Shown piece after piece: positions 8,318 to 14,967 of a stretch of 41,116 nucleotides of DNA (positions are counted from its first letter, which is position 1; each line of letters opens with the position of its first letter). Both the position numbers and the translations under genes were made by a program. This DNA comes from Methylophaga sp. (GTDB taxonomy: Bacteria; Pseudomonadota; Gammaproteobacteria; Nitrosococcales; Methylophagaceae): positions 1 to 41,116 of the forward strand of contig SKGV01000074.1 of NCBI GenBank assembly GCA_007117275.1, given 5' to 3'. The notes under the pieces are model-generated. The model had not been told where the DNA came from. It saw nothing but the letters and a program-made list of their open reading frames with translations, and searched no databases.

Positions 8318-8342
8318 AAGCCGCCCAAAAGGGCGGTTTTTT
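8318..8342 (+). terminator. Intrinsic terminator
   Basis: AAGCCGCCC-aaaa-GGGCGGTTTTTT. Confidence 0.75.
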
Positions 8343-8366
8343 ATACCCCTATCCCAAGGAGCTGTC

Positions 8367-8744
8367 ATGGCACGCGGAGTGAACAAGGTGATTTTGGTGG
8401 GCAATCTGGGCAATGATCCAGATATCCGTTACACCCAGAATCAGAAGCAGGTGGCGAACTTGAGTGTTGCCACCAGTGAGCAGTGGACAGACAAAAACAC
8501 CGGCCAAAAGCAAGAGCGGGTCGAATGGCACAAGGTAGTGATGTTTGACCGTCTGGCTGAAATTGCAGGCCAATACCTGAAAAAGGGCAGCAAGGTCTAT
8601 ATCGAAGGCAAGCTGCAAACCCGCAAATGGCAGAACCAGCAGGGCCAAGATCAGTACACCACTGAGATTGTGGCCAATGAGATGCAGATGCTGGATGGCA
8701 GCACCAGTCAGAGCCAGCAGCAAGGCTATCAGCAGCCTCAATAG
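8367..8744 (+). CDS. ssb: Single-stranded DNA-binding protein, C-terminally short with no acidic tip
   Basis: [18 protein letters not shown]...EWHKVV...[19 protein letters not shown]...YTTEIV OB fold. Confidence 0.95.
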   Translation: MARGVNKVILVGNLGNDPDIRYTQNQKQVANLSVATSEQWTDKNTGQKQERVEWHKVVMFDRLAEIAGQYLKKGSKVYIEGKLQTRKWQNQQGQDQYTTEIVANEMQMLDGSTSQSQQQGYQQPQ

Positions 8745-8818
8745 AGTTACGGTCAGCCAGCGCAGCAGCAGGGTGGCTACCAGCAACAGTACGCACGCCC
8801 TTAGCTCAGGAGGCATAT

Positions 8819-8998
8819 GTGATCCACCTTTCTCTTGTAGTGCTTCTTTTTGTTGCGTATTTCGGGGCTTACGCAGCGATCCACTGGTTTGTGATTGGTG
8901 CAATATCAAGCAAAGCAATAGAGCGCGCCGTTCTGGCTTTCGCTCCCTTTGTCGTGATTGCGCCTTGGATTTACGTTTGGAAAAAAATATTGGGGTGA
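8819..8998 (+). CDS. Small membrane protein with two hydrophobic segments (59 aa; not in the supplied ORF track)
   Basis: AGGAGG RBS, GTG start; MIHLSLVVLLFVAYFGAYAAIHWFVIGAISSKAIERAVLAFAPFVVIAPWIYVWKKILG. Confidence 0.65.
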   Translation: MIHLSLVVLLFVAYFGAYAAIHWFVIGAISSKAIERAVLAFAPFVVIAPWIYVWKKILG

Positions 8999-9001
8999 GG
9001 T

Positions 9002-9190
9002 ATGGAGCCAGAAACCGGGACCCTATGGATACACAAAGCGCGCGGCCATCTCTGCATAGTGGAGTACACGCTGCGCGTGCGCAGAACAAGAATGGTCGCT
9101 TACAGAGCTCCAGCGCAAGGCGTGAGCGACACATGCAGACTGGCGACTGTCAGCGAATTTTTGAACCGATTTGAGAGGTTGGCGGCGTGA
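9002..9190 (+). CDS. Small hypothetical phage protein
   Basis: GAGG RBS; tightly coupled to its neighbours. Confidence 0.6.
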   Translation: MEPETGTLWIHKARGHLCIVEYTLRVRRTRMVAYRAPAQGVSDTCRLATVSEFLNRFERLAA

Positions 9191-9936
9191 GCGAAATCAA
9201 AAGCAGCATGACAGATCTGGAGTGGTTGGCGCGCAATGTGGATAAAGTGCCTAATGGCATGCGAGTCATGAGACGTGTTGCGCAAGCAACGGTCTTTAGT
9301 GACGACCCGCATAAGCGCTGCTGGTCGGGATGGTTCACGGTTGCCGAATGGCAAGCCGAGCGCGAGCGCTTGCAGAATAAGCCCAGCTGGAGCGACGCAC
9401 CGGATTGGGCGCGGTGGCGGGCGCAGGATTCCAGCGGCATCTGGGGGTGGCATGATGCAAAGCCGGACCCAGACCACCGGCTATGGGTTTGCATGGGCGA
9501 AAAGGCAGATTTTGCAGGTGAGAGTGAAGTCCTTGGTGATTGGCGCGACACGCTGGAATATCGGCCTGAACCAGAGCGCCAGCATCCGGCTGCAGCAGTG
9601 GCTCTAGTGCCAGAGTTAAACTCTACGCAATTTAAACCAGGCATTGAGCGGCATCCTGAGGACGATCTGCCTAACAAGCTAAGTCCTGTGCCAATGCACG
9701 AGCTTTATCCTAATTATTACATGGATTGCCGCCACCTCGACAGCATCGATGTTTACGGCGTGCACGATCTTTTCGGCGTGAAAGATGAAAGCGGATGCCT
9801 TCAGCACGCAGGCAAGAAGATACTGCTATCAGGCCAGCGGAACGGCGGCAAAAGCCTCTATCAGGATATCAAAGAGGCCCGCGACACGCTTACCCGAAAA
9901 CTGCAACTGATGGAGCAAAACAATGAAGCCAGTTAG
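9187..9936 (+). CDS. Multi-domain hypothetical phage protein (W-rich module plus DUF3310-like C-terminal module)
   Basis: PSWSDAPDWARWRAQDSSGIW motif; C-terminal IDVY...QHAGKKILLSG.R.GGK...DIKEA.D. Confidence 0.65.
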   Translation: MSEIKSSMTDLEWLARNVDKVPNGMRVMRRVAQATVFSDDPHKRCWSGWFTVAEWQAERERLQNKPSWSDAPDWARWRAQDSSGIWGWHDAKPDPDHRLWVCMGEKADFAGESEVLGDWRDTLEYRPEPERQHPAAAVALVPELNSTQFKPGIERHPEDDLPNKLSPVPMHELYPNYYMDCRHLDSIDVYGVHDLFGVKDESGCLQHAGKKILLSGQRNGGKSLYQDIKEARDTLTRKLQLMEQNNEAS

Positions 9937-10225
9937 CGATGATGCCGAGGCTTGGTATCCGCCGAGCGATGCAGCCTTGTCTCTTGAAAGAATCAGATCC
10001 GAAAGAGATCACTACAAAAGAATGGCGGCTGAAATGGCCGAGCTTGATGCGGCAAGGCGCAGCGCTGCTCCTTTAATTGGAATTGATAGGCAAAGAATCC
10101 AGCAGCTGGCTTTAAAGGCTGGGTTCACGCTCAAAAAGCAAGAAAGCGGGGGTTATGACCTGAGCCCCTGTATCTATGATCTTGCAGAGCGAATCAGCAG
10201 AGAGCTTCAAGGGAGGTTCAAGTGA
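9923..10225 (+). CDS. Hypothetical protein
   Basis: GGAG RBS; overlaps the end of the upstream gene. Confidence 0.65.
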   Translation: MKPVSDDAEAWYPPSDAALSLERIRSERDHYKRMAAEMAELDAARRSAAPLIGIDRQRIQQLALKAGFTLKKQESGGYDLSPCIYDLAERISRELQGRFK

Positions 10226-10335
10226 AAAAGCTATCTGAAACATTGCGCCAGATTCATGTTCAGCTGGGGATTGAGATTCATAGGTGGCGTTATATCACGC
10301 GAGAAGACACGATATTTTTTAAGTATCAAAGATAA
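10222..10335 (+). CDS. Possible 37-aa peptide
   Basis: GGAGG RBS and GTGA overlap with the upstream stop. Confidence 0.35.
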   Translation: MKKLSETLRQIHVQLGIEIHRWRYITREDTIFFKYQR

Positions 10336-10376
10336 ACAAGAATCCTAGGAGATCGAGATGAGTGCAGGAGGGCTGG

Positions 10377-10628
10377 ATGCAAAAGCTAAAAATTGGTGAC
10401 CATGTGAGATTTATTGGGCAGAGCTGGGGATATAAAAACCCCGTTCTTTTGATGCTTGTAAACAGAACTGGAGTAATAGAGTCAATATCCGACAAAGCAG
10501 AAGCGGACTGGTTTGTAAGAATGGACGAAGGAGTTATTGATATTGATGCAAAATCAAAAGTGCTGGGAAAGATTGAGCCGCATGAGGCTGATAATTTTGA
10601 GTCTCGTGAAGTGTGCGAGCAGGTATAA
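10377..10628 (+). CDS. Hypothetical protein (SH3/KOW-like start); stop codon lies inside attC-like site 1
   Basis: GGAGG RBS; MQKLKIGDHVRF...; TAA at 10626-10628 is part of GTATAAC. Confidence 0.7.
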   Translation: MQKLKIGDHVRFIGQSWGYKNPVLLMLVNRTGVIESISDKAEADWFVRMDEGVIDIDAKSKVLGKIEPHEADNFESREVCEQV

Positions 10629-10670
10629 CGCCGCAATCAACGGCCTGTCCGTTGCATTGCTTTGTTATTT
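10623..10670 (-). repeat. attC-like site 1 (48 bp)
   Basis: + strand GTATAAC GCCGC AATCAAC ggcctgtcc GTTGCATT GCTTT GTTATTT. Confidence 0.8.
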
Positions 10671-10701
10671 GATGGATTAAGAAAATTGAGAGGTGAGGGT
10701 T

Positions 10702-10941
10702 ATGGGCGAAGAGCGAAAAACCAAGGAATTGGCCGAGAAGGCGAAGCAGGTCAGTATTCCAGAATGGGCAACTCACGTTGCAGTTAGGACTGACGGCAGT
10801 AAATCCGAGCCTTGCGCGTGGATGGAAAAAGCCAATGATTATGTAGACGAAGACCCTAGACAGCTAAAAGATGGTATGTGGGCTGGGGGATATAAATCCT
10901 ACTACTGGGTGTTCTTTGATCGCGCAGAGTTAGCCAAATAA
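10702..10941 (+). CDS. Cassette ORF A, hypothetical (79 aa)
   Basis: GAGG RBS; fills the space between sites 1 and 2; stop lies within the TAAC of site 2. Confidence 0.75.
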   Translation: MGEERKTKELAEKAKQVSIPEWATHVAVRTDGSKSEPCAWMEKANDYVDEDPRQLKDGMWAGGYKSYYWVFFDRAELAK

Positions 10942-10987
10942 CGCCGCAATCAACGCCCGTTAGGTGCGTTGCATTGCTTTGTTATTT
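10936..10987 (-). repeat. attC-like site 2 (52 bp)
   Basis: + strand AAATAAC GCCGC AATCAAC gcccgttaggtgc GTTGCATT GCTTT GTTATTT. Confidence 0.85.
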
Positions 10988-11023
10988 GAACGAAACATTA
11001 ACGAAGACCACGAGGTAGATGCT

Positions 11024-11293
11024 ATGAGCGATTTTGCAAAACTTTTCCAGAGCGAAAAGTATGGGCAACTGGTTGTGATTATGCAGGGATCAGACGATGG
11101 CTGTCCGGAGCTGAGGATCTTTATGCAACCTTCTGGGTACGGTGTGTGCTCTATGGGCTTGCAGTACGAAGATTCTGATAGCGGATGGGATAAGTGTGAA
11201 GCCAATTTCGAGAAGGCGGATCTGGCGTGGGCGGAACGGACGGTGCAGCCGACGCTTGATTACATCGCATCTGCTAACGCGCAAGAAGAATAA
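11024..11293 (+). CDS. Cassette ORF B, hypothetical (89 aa)
   Basis: GAGGT RBS; MSDFAKLFQSEKYGQLVV...; stop lies within the TAAC of site 3. Confidence 0.75.
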   Translation: MSDFAKLFQSEKYGQLVVIMQGSDDGCPELRIFMQPSGYGVCSMGLQYEDSDSGWDKCEANFEKADLAWAERTVQPTLDYIASANAQEE

Positions 11294-11338
11294 CGCCGCA
11301 ATCAACGCCCGCAGGCGCGTTGCATTGCTTTGTTATTT
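11288..11338 (-). repeat. attC-like site 3 (51 bp)
   Basis: + strand GAATAAC GCCGC AATCAAC gcccgcaggcgc GTTGCATT GCTTT GTTATTT. Confidence 0.85.
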
Positions 11339-11354
11339 GGCTCTGGAGGCGAGA

Positions 11355-11645
11355 GTGGAGCACATAAGAGAAGCATTAAATGCAGTTCTGGAGCGTGCAG
11401 CATCTCTAACAGATGATCAGCTGCAAGCCGAGTTTGACTCTTGTAGGGGCGGGGCCGTTGCTTATGCCGTGAAAGGGATGTGGAACACTCCGAGACATAT
11501 TTGGATTGTGATGTGTTCCGACCATGAGGCCAGCTGGCCTATTGCGGCATTTTGGGATGAGAATAACGCACATAATCATGCCAAGAGCAGAAGGCTACTC
11601 CCTAATGAGATCAGTTGTGAAGTGATGCCGATGAGAGTGTTTTGA
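11355..11645 (+). CDS. Cassette ORF C, hypothetical (96 aa)
   Basis: GGAGG RBS 5 nt before GTG 11355; ends 2 nt before the AAATAAC of site 4. Confidence 0.7.
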   Translation: MEHIREALNAVLERAASLTDDQLQAEFDSCRGGAVAYAVKGMWNTPRHIWIVMCSDHEASWPIAAFWDENNAHNHAKSRRLLPNEISCEVMPMRVF

Positions 11646-11647
11646 AC

Positions 11648-11707
11648 AAATAACATTGAGATAGCGTGCCTGCCTACTATTCAGGCACGACTATCATTTC
11701 ATCAGCG
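11648..11707 (-). repeat. Variant terminal att-like hairpin (site 4) at the convergence of the early and late arms
   Basis: AAATAAC ATTGA GATAG-CGTGCCTG cctactatt CAGGCACG-A-CTATC ATTTC ATCAGCG. It has the same R-5nt-stem-5nt layout and one bulged base, but the distal R box is degenerate. Confidence 0.55.
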
Positions 11708-11708
11708 A

Positions 11709-11957
11709 TCAAAAATAATTATCGAGAGCCTGTTCGACTTTAGTTCTCAGAGTTGATTCTGTTTCTTTTTTCAGTGCCTCAATCCCGCTGCTCTTAATGC
11801 TATCCAGCGCCACGCGCATCTTATCCTGATCTTCGAGGCCAGACTGCTCCGCGACTTCAATTCCGCGCTTGATCTCTGCTGCAAGAGCTTTGTCCATTGC
11901 TGTTCGCAGCAGGAATTTGGCCAGTTCGAAAGCCAGCACTTTTAGAAAACTTGTCAT
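11709..11957 (-). CDS. Lysis-cassette-associated hypothetical protein with an amphipathic N-terminal helix
   Basis: Coupled to the endolysin stop; MTSFLKVLAFELAKFLLR. Confidence 0.65.
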   Translation of the reverse strand: MTSFLKVLAFELAKFLLRTAMDKALAAEIKRGIEVAEQSGLEDQDKMRVALDSIKSSGIEALKKETESTLRTKVEQALDNYF

Positions 11958-12367
11958 TGTGTTACCTCTTTGATTTTAAAATCCTGCGCCCAAGTTGATA
12001 CATCAAAGCACGGGCACTGCTTCTCCGAAACCTGATTATGCCCGATCACTTTAGCACCCTGATGCTGGCAAAGGAGCGTCCCAACCAACCCTTCAAGCGT
12101 ACGCCATTGAGCAGCCGTGAAAGTTGCGCCCTCTGTGCCGCCTACCATGCAAATTCCAAGGCTGTTATGGTTGTGGCCTCTAGCGTGAGCACCTTGCTCA
12201 TTGTCGTTCCTGCCCTTTTCCAGAGTGCCATCCAAACGAATCACATAGTGATAGCCAATATCACGCCAGCCGTTGCCCTCAACATGCCAGCGGCGAATCT
12301 CCTCTGCTGAAACATCGCGCCCCGCAGGAGTATCCGAGCAATGAATTATTAGCTGTTCGACTATCAT
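11954..12367 (-). CDS. Endolysin, N-acetylmuramoyl-L-alanine amidase (T7 lysozyme-like)
   Basis: IIHCS, GWRDIGYHYVI..DG..E.GR, GAHARGHN..SLGIC.VGG and GH...K.CPCFDV motifs. Confidence 0.93.
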   Translation of the reverse strand: MIVEQLIIHCSDTPAGRDVSAEEIRRWHVEGNGWRDIGYHYVIRLDGTLEKGRNDNEQGAHARGHNHNSLGICMVGGTEGATFTAAQWRTLEGLVGTLLCQHQGAKVIGHNQVSEKQCPCFDVSTWAQDFKIKEVTQ

Positions 12368-12561
12368 TCAACCCACCTCTTTACGCCACCATTTGCAGAG
12401 CACACGCCGCGCCCGCGCTCTGCTGTTGTATAGCGCCCGTTATTGCACTCAGCAGTGACACCGATTAAACGCCGCTCGATCGACTGCTCTTTAAGAATCA
12501 GCGCAGCGACTAGCGCACACGCCACCACTACAATAAAAGATGAAGCTAAAAACTTTCTCAT
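12364..12561 (-). CDS. Small membrane-anchored DUF3761-like protein
   Basis: N-terminal TM; TAECNNGRYT...GRGVCSANGGVKRW resembles the TA.C.DG.YS....RG.CS.HGGV..W pattern. Confidence 0.6.
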   Translation of the reverse strand: MRKFLASSFIVVVACALVAALILKEQSIERRLIGVTAECNNGRYTTAERGRGVCSANGGVKRWVE

Positions 12562-12863
12562 GCACCCGCCTTCTTATCCGCCATCTTTTTACCGATTTTG
12601 CGTACATAATCGACACCATAAAGACCGATCAATGACGCCGCCGCTATCCGCGCATTTGCGCTTGCAAAACCCAGCTCAGCGAGCAGGGACCCTGCACCGA
12701 CAGCGAGCAGCATGCAGATGGACGACTCCAGTAGGATTTTCATCCATGCTGGCTCGTCGTCATCATACGCTGCGCGCAAAAATGCTGTGGCAAACGCCAG
12801 CAGCGGAGCCATAAACTCCGCTTTTGTCAGCCACTGCCAGTTGCTAGGGTCTTTCCAGGGCAT
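12558..12863 (-). CDS. Phage holin (lambda-like, 3 TM)
   Basis: Three hydrophobic segments, LR..Y and IG.YGVD.VR motifs, basic C-terminus; lies upstream of the endolysin. Confidence 0.8.
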   Translation of the reverse strand: MPWKDPSNWQWLTKAEFMAPLLAFATAFLRAAYDDDEPAWMKILLESSICMLLAVGAGSLLAELGFASANARIAAASLIGLYGVDYVRKIGKKMADKKAGA

Positions 12864-12900
12864 TCACATGTTTCCAAGCCAGTTAAATGCGGTTATTGTA

Positions 12901-13320
12901 TCACAGGTCGTCCAGCTCTTTGCGCAGCGATTCTGCCTCAGCATCTAGCTCCGCCAATCTATCCCGATCTTCTGCTGTGTCCGTTCCGACATTGATTGCG
13001 CGCAGAGGGCGGACAGACTCAAGGTCGAGGCGCTGGAGTTCGGATTTTATCTCGCTAATGCGCTCCGCATCTTTCTCGGTTTGAGTCTCCTCAGGTTCTG
13101 GCTCGTGATACCAATCCCCATCCTGCCAAACAGGCTCTTTGTGACCCTCTTTCTTTTCGGGCTTGATCGTCAGAACCACAGTACCGTTATGTGCTTTAAT
13201 AAGCCCGCCTGAAAGTGCATGGCTTCGAGCTTCGTCATATTTCTCGTCAGAAATCTCGACACCTTCATCAATAGGGCGTTTGCTTATTTGTCCTTCTGCT
13301 GCGTAGGGCATTTTATACAA
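12901..13320 (-). CDS. Tail fibre assembly/chaperone-like protein
   Basis: Follows the tail fibre; C-terminal ELQRLDLESVRPLRA...RLAELDAEAESLRKEL. Confidence 0.6.
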   Translation of the reverse strand: MYKMPYAAEGQISKRPIDEGVEISDEKYDEARSHALSGGLIKAHNGTVVLTIKPEKKEGHKEPVWQDGDWYHEPEPEETQTEKDAERISEIKSELQRLDLESVRPLRAINVGTDTAEDRDRLAELDAEAESLRKELDDL

Positions 13321-14311
13321 TCCTCATATAATAAGTGGTCTCAATGTGCTTAACATTTGTATGATCGCCGGTTCTAGCGCTGGGGGAGTTGGCAGAGTCG
13401 AAATCGACTATGAACGGCCCTGGAGTTATAGCTGTGCTTTGAATTCCGTTTCCTGTAGAGCCAGTAGCGGTAAACGCTCCGGATGCGCTTCTTATTTGTT
13501 TTGCGCCAATCGAATCCCCTCCCTGAAACTGACCAGTTATCCGCTGCATCTGGTCATTAGCAACTGCGCCACTATTTTTACCCGGCATCAGGTAGCGGTT
13601 TTCCGAGTTAATCAGGTGGATTGTATTCCCAGCGAGTGGGCCTGTTGCAATCTCGGCTGTAATTTCAATAGTAGGGCCGCTGCCGGTGATTGTTTCGTTG
13701 ATCAGCAGCCCCTCGTTAAACTGTCCAGCTCCGTCAAGTCCTGCCGTGAGCTTTACGAATTTAGCATCACCTGCATTGCTGGGTTCTACAATTCCGTTTA
13801 AGTGGGTTGCAAGATTAAAGGTTTCGCCAATAATTTTTCCCATCTCGCCTAGCCGAAGCGGGTGCGCCCGATCAGTCGGAGCGCCTATTTTAAAAGTGCC
13901 GCCTGAATCTCTGACCGGCACGCTATCGGCAGTGGCTTCGGTGTCAAACGCAAAAACACGCCACTCAGACGAGGGGGGCGCGGTTGTGGTGCCGTCAACA
14001 ACAGCCTGATAATAAACCCCATTAAATCGTACAACAGCGGTTTCTGGGTAGGAATAAAGATTGCCCAAACCATCATCAGCGATAAACTCGGGGAACCCTT
14101 GCTCTTGCCATTCTTTAATGTTTGCAGTGGCATCATTGAGCACTTGATTAAACGGCTGCCTGCCAATGCTTTTTCGATTCGGGTCAGTTTTTGGTAGCGA
14201 GTAGTCCGGTGTGTAGCCCTGCTGATAGCTGACACTTCCACCGGCCGCCTCATCTGGAATGGGTTGGCGGTCGCCATTGACTGCCCACGGAAAACGAATG
14301 TATTTAGCCAT
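13313..14311 (-). CDS. Tail fibre protein
   Basis: N-terminal PWAVNGDRQPIP..GSVSYQQGY..DY baseplate-anchoring motif; C-terminal DQMQRITG...FDSANS..ART...T.VK fibre motif. Confidence 0.8.
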   Translation of the reverse strand: MAKYIRFPWAVNGDRQPIPDEAAGGSVSYQQGYTPDYSLPKTDPNRKSIGRQPFNQVLNDATANIKEWQEQGFPEFIADDGLGNLYSYPETAVVRFNGVYYQAVVDGTTTAPPSSEWRVFAFDTEATADSVPVRDSGGTFKIGAPTDRAHPLRLGEMGKIIGETFNLATHLNGIVEPSNAGDAKFVKLTAGLDGAGQFNEGLLINETITGSGPTIEITAEIATGPLAGNTIHLINSENRYLMPGKNSGAVANDQMQRITGQFQGGDSIGAKQIRSASGAFTATGSTGNGIQSTAITPGPFIVDFDSANSPSARTGDHTNVKHIETTYYMRIV

Positions 14312-14967
14312 TATAATTGTCCATCGTAAAAGTTGCCGTTATCAAAATTTTCAAAATTATCACCGAAGCCCCACGCATTAGTATTATCATCCAGAATGGT
14401 GTCGACTGATACCGACGCAGGCCTTGGTAATAAATCGCGTGTTCTTATCTCTCGAATAAATCCAATCAATTCCTCCGAGCTAATCAAATAAACCAAACCC
14501 ATGTTTAGATTATCCAGTGCTACAATTTGCCCCACCCCAAAAAGCCTTGAGAGCGCATCATTTATGTCTGGCACGCTGCCGCTCATGTGCAAAATGTACG
14601 CCTTCAGCTTTAACAGGGTTCGTTTTTGCTCAGTGGTAAAATTGTATTCTTCGGCTTCATCGACCCCAAAAGAGCCATTGTCAAAATTTTCATCGTCATC
14701 AGCATTAAAACCGAAAGACGGATAGTCGAGCGGGGAGGGTTCAGTCGTGCCGGTAATCGGCTCTTCAAGAATTATCGACCAGACCGACAGCCCAAAATCG
14801 TTAGCCGTGTCCAAATTGAATACGTCATCAACCCAGTTATCCCAGAATTCACAGTGGTTTTTTTCGTACCATTCCTGTTTTTTCTGAATCAATGTCTTTA
14901 GTTTTTCGGCCTTGGATCGCTGCCAGTCAAGCGCCGTGAGAAGGTTGATAGCGCACTCGTAGCTCAT
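14311..14967 (-). CDS. Baseplate wedge protein (DUF2612-like)
   Basis: VFNLDTANDFGL.VW..I and LLPRPASV motifs; follows baseplate J. Confidence 0.75.
   Translation of the reverse strand: MSYECAINLLTALDWQRSKAEKLKTLIQKKQEWYEKNHCEFWDNWVDDVFNLDTANDFGLSVWSIILEEPITGTTEPSPLDYPSFGFNADDDENFDNGSFGVDEAEEYNFTTEQKRTLLKLKAYILHMSGSVPDINDALSRLFGVGQIVALDNLNMGLVYLISSEELIGFIREIRTRDLLPRPASVSVDTILDDNTNAWGFGDNFENFDNGNFYDGQL

Larger units (their letters stand above)
10623..11707. mobile_element. Integrase-less integron-like gene-cassette array (CALIN-like) carried by the phage
   Basis: Three attC-like repeats plus a terminal variant delimit single-ORF units of 313, 352 and 360 bp. Confidence 0.7.

Noticed and set aside
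8742-8804. Genome-wide TAG-to-Gln recoding
   Set aside because: All long genes are intact in the standard code, several genes end at TAG right before the next gene (e.g. 18093, 33637), and there is no suppressor tRNA.
8668-9174. 168-aa ORF containing DPPF as a frameshifted SSB tip
   Set aside because: It has no RBS and shadow-like composition; the region is better explained by the RBS-led ORFs at 8819 and 9002.
10623-11338. Repeats read as a CRISPR array
   Set aside because: The intervening segments are about 265-310 bp, each holds a full ORF with RBS, the repeat centres vary, and there are no cas genes.
10623-11338. Repeats read as simple intrinsic terminators or REP elements
   Set aside because: The stems have a conserved mismatched 5-nt spacer and bulges, lack a clean GC stem plus U-tract, and sit between co-oriented promoterless genes. 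The attC geometry explains them better, though an RNA-level role is not excluded.
10964-11354. Track ORF starts at 10964 and 11142 that run through the repeats
   Set aside because: RBS-supported starts lie at 11024 and 11355, just after each site; the extensions are incidental open frames.
13313-14311. Diversity-generating retroelement or invertible tail-fibre system
   Set aside because: No reverse transcriptase, invertase or duplicated fibre segment was seen.
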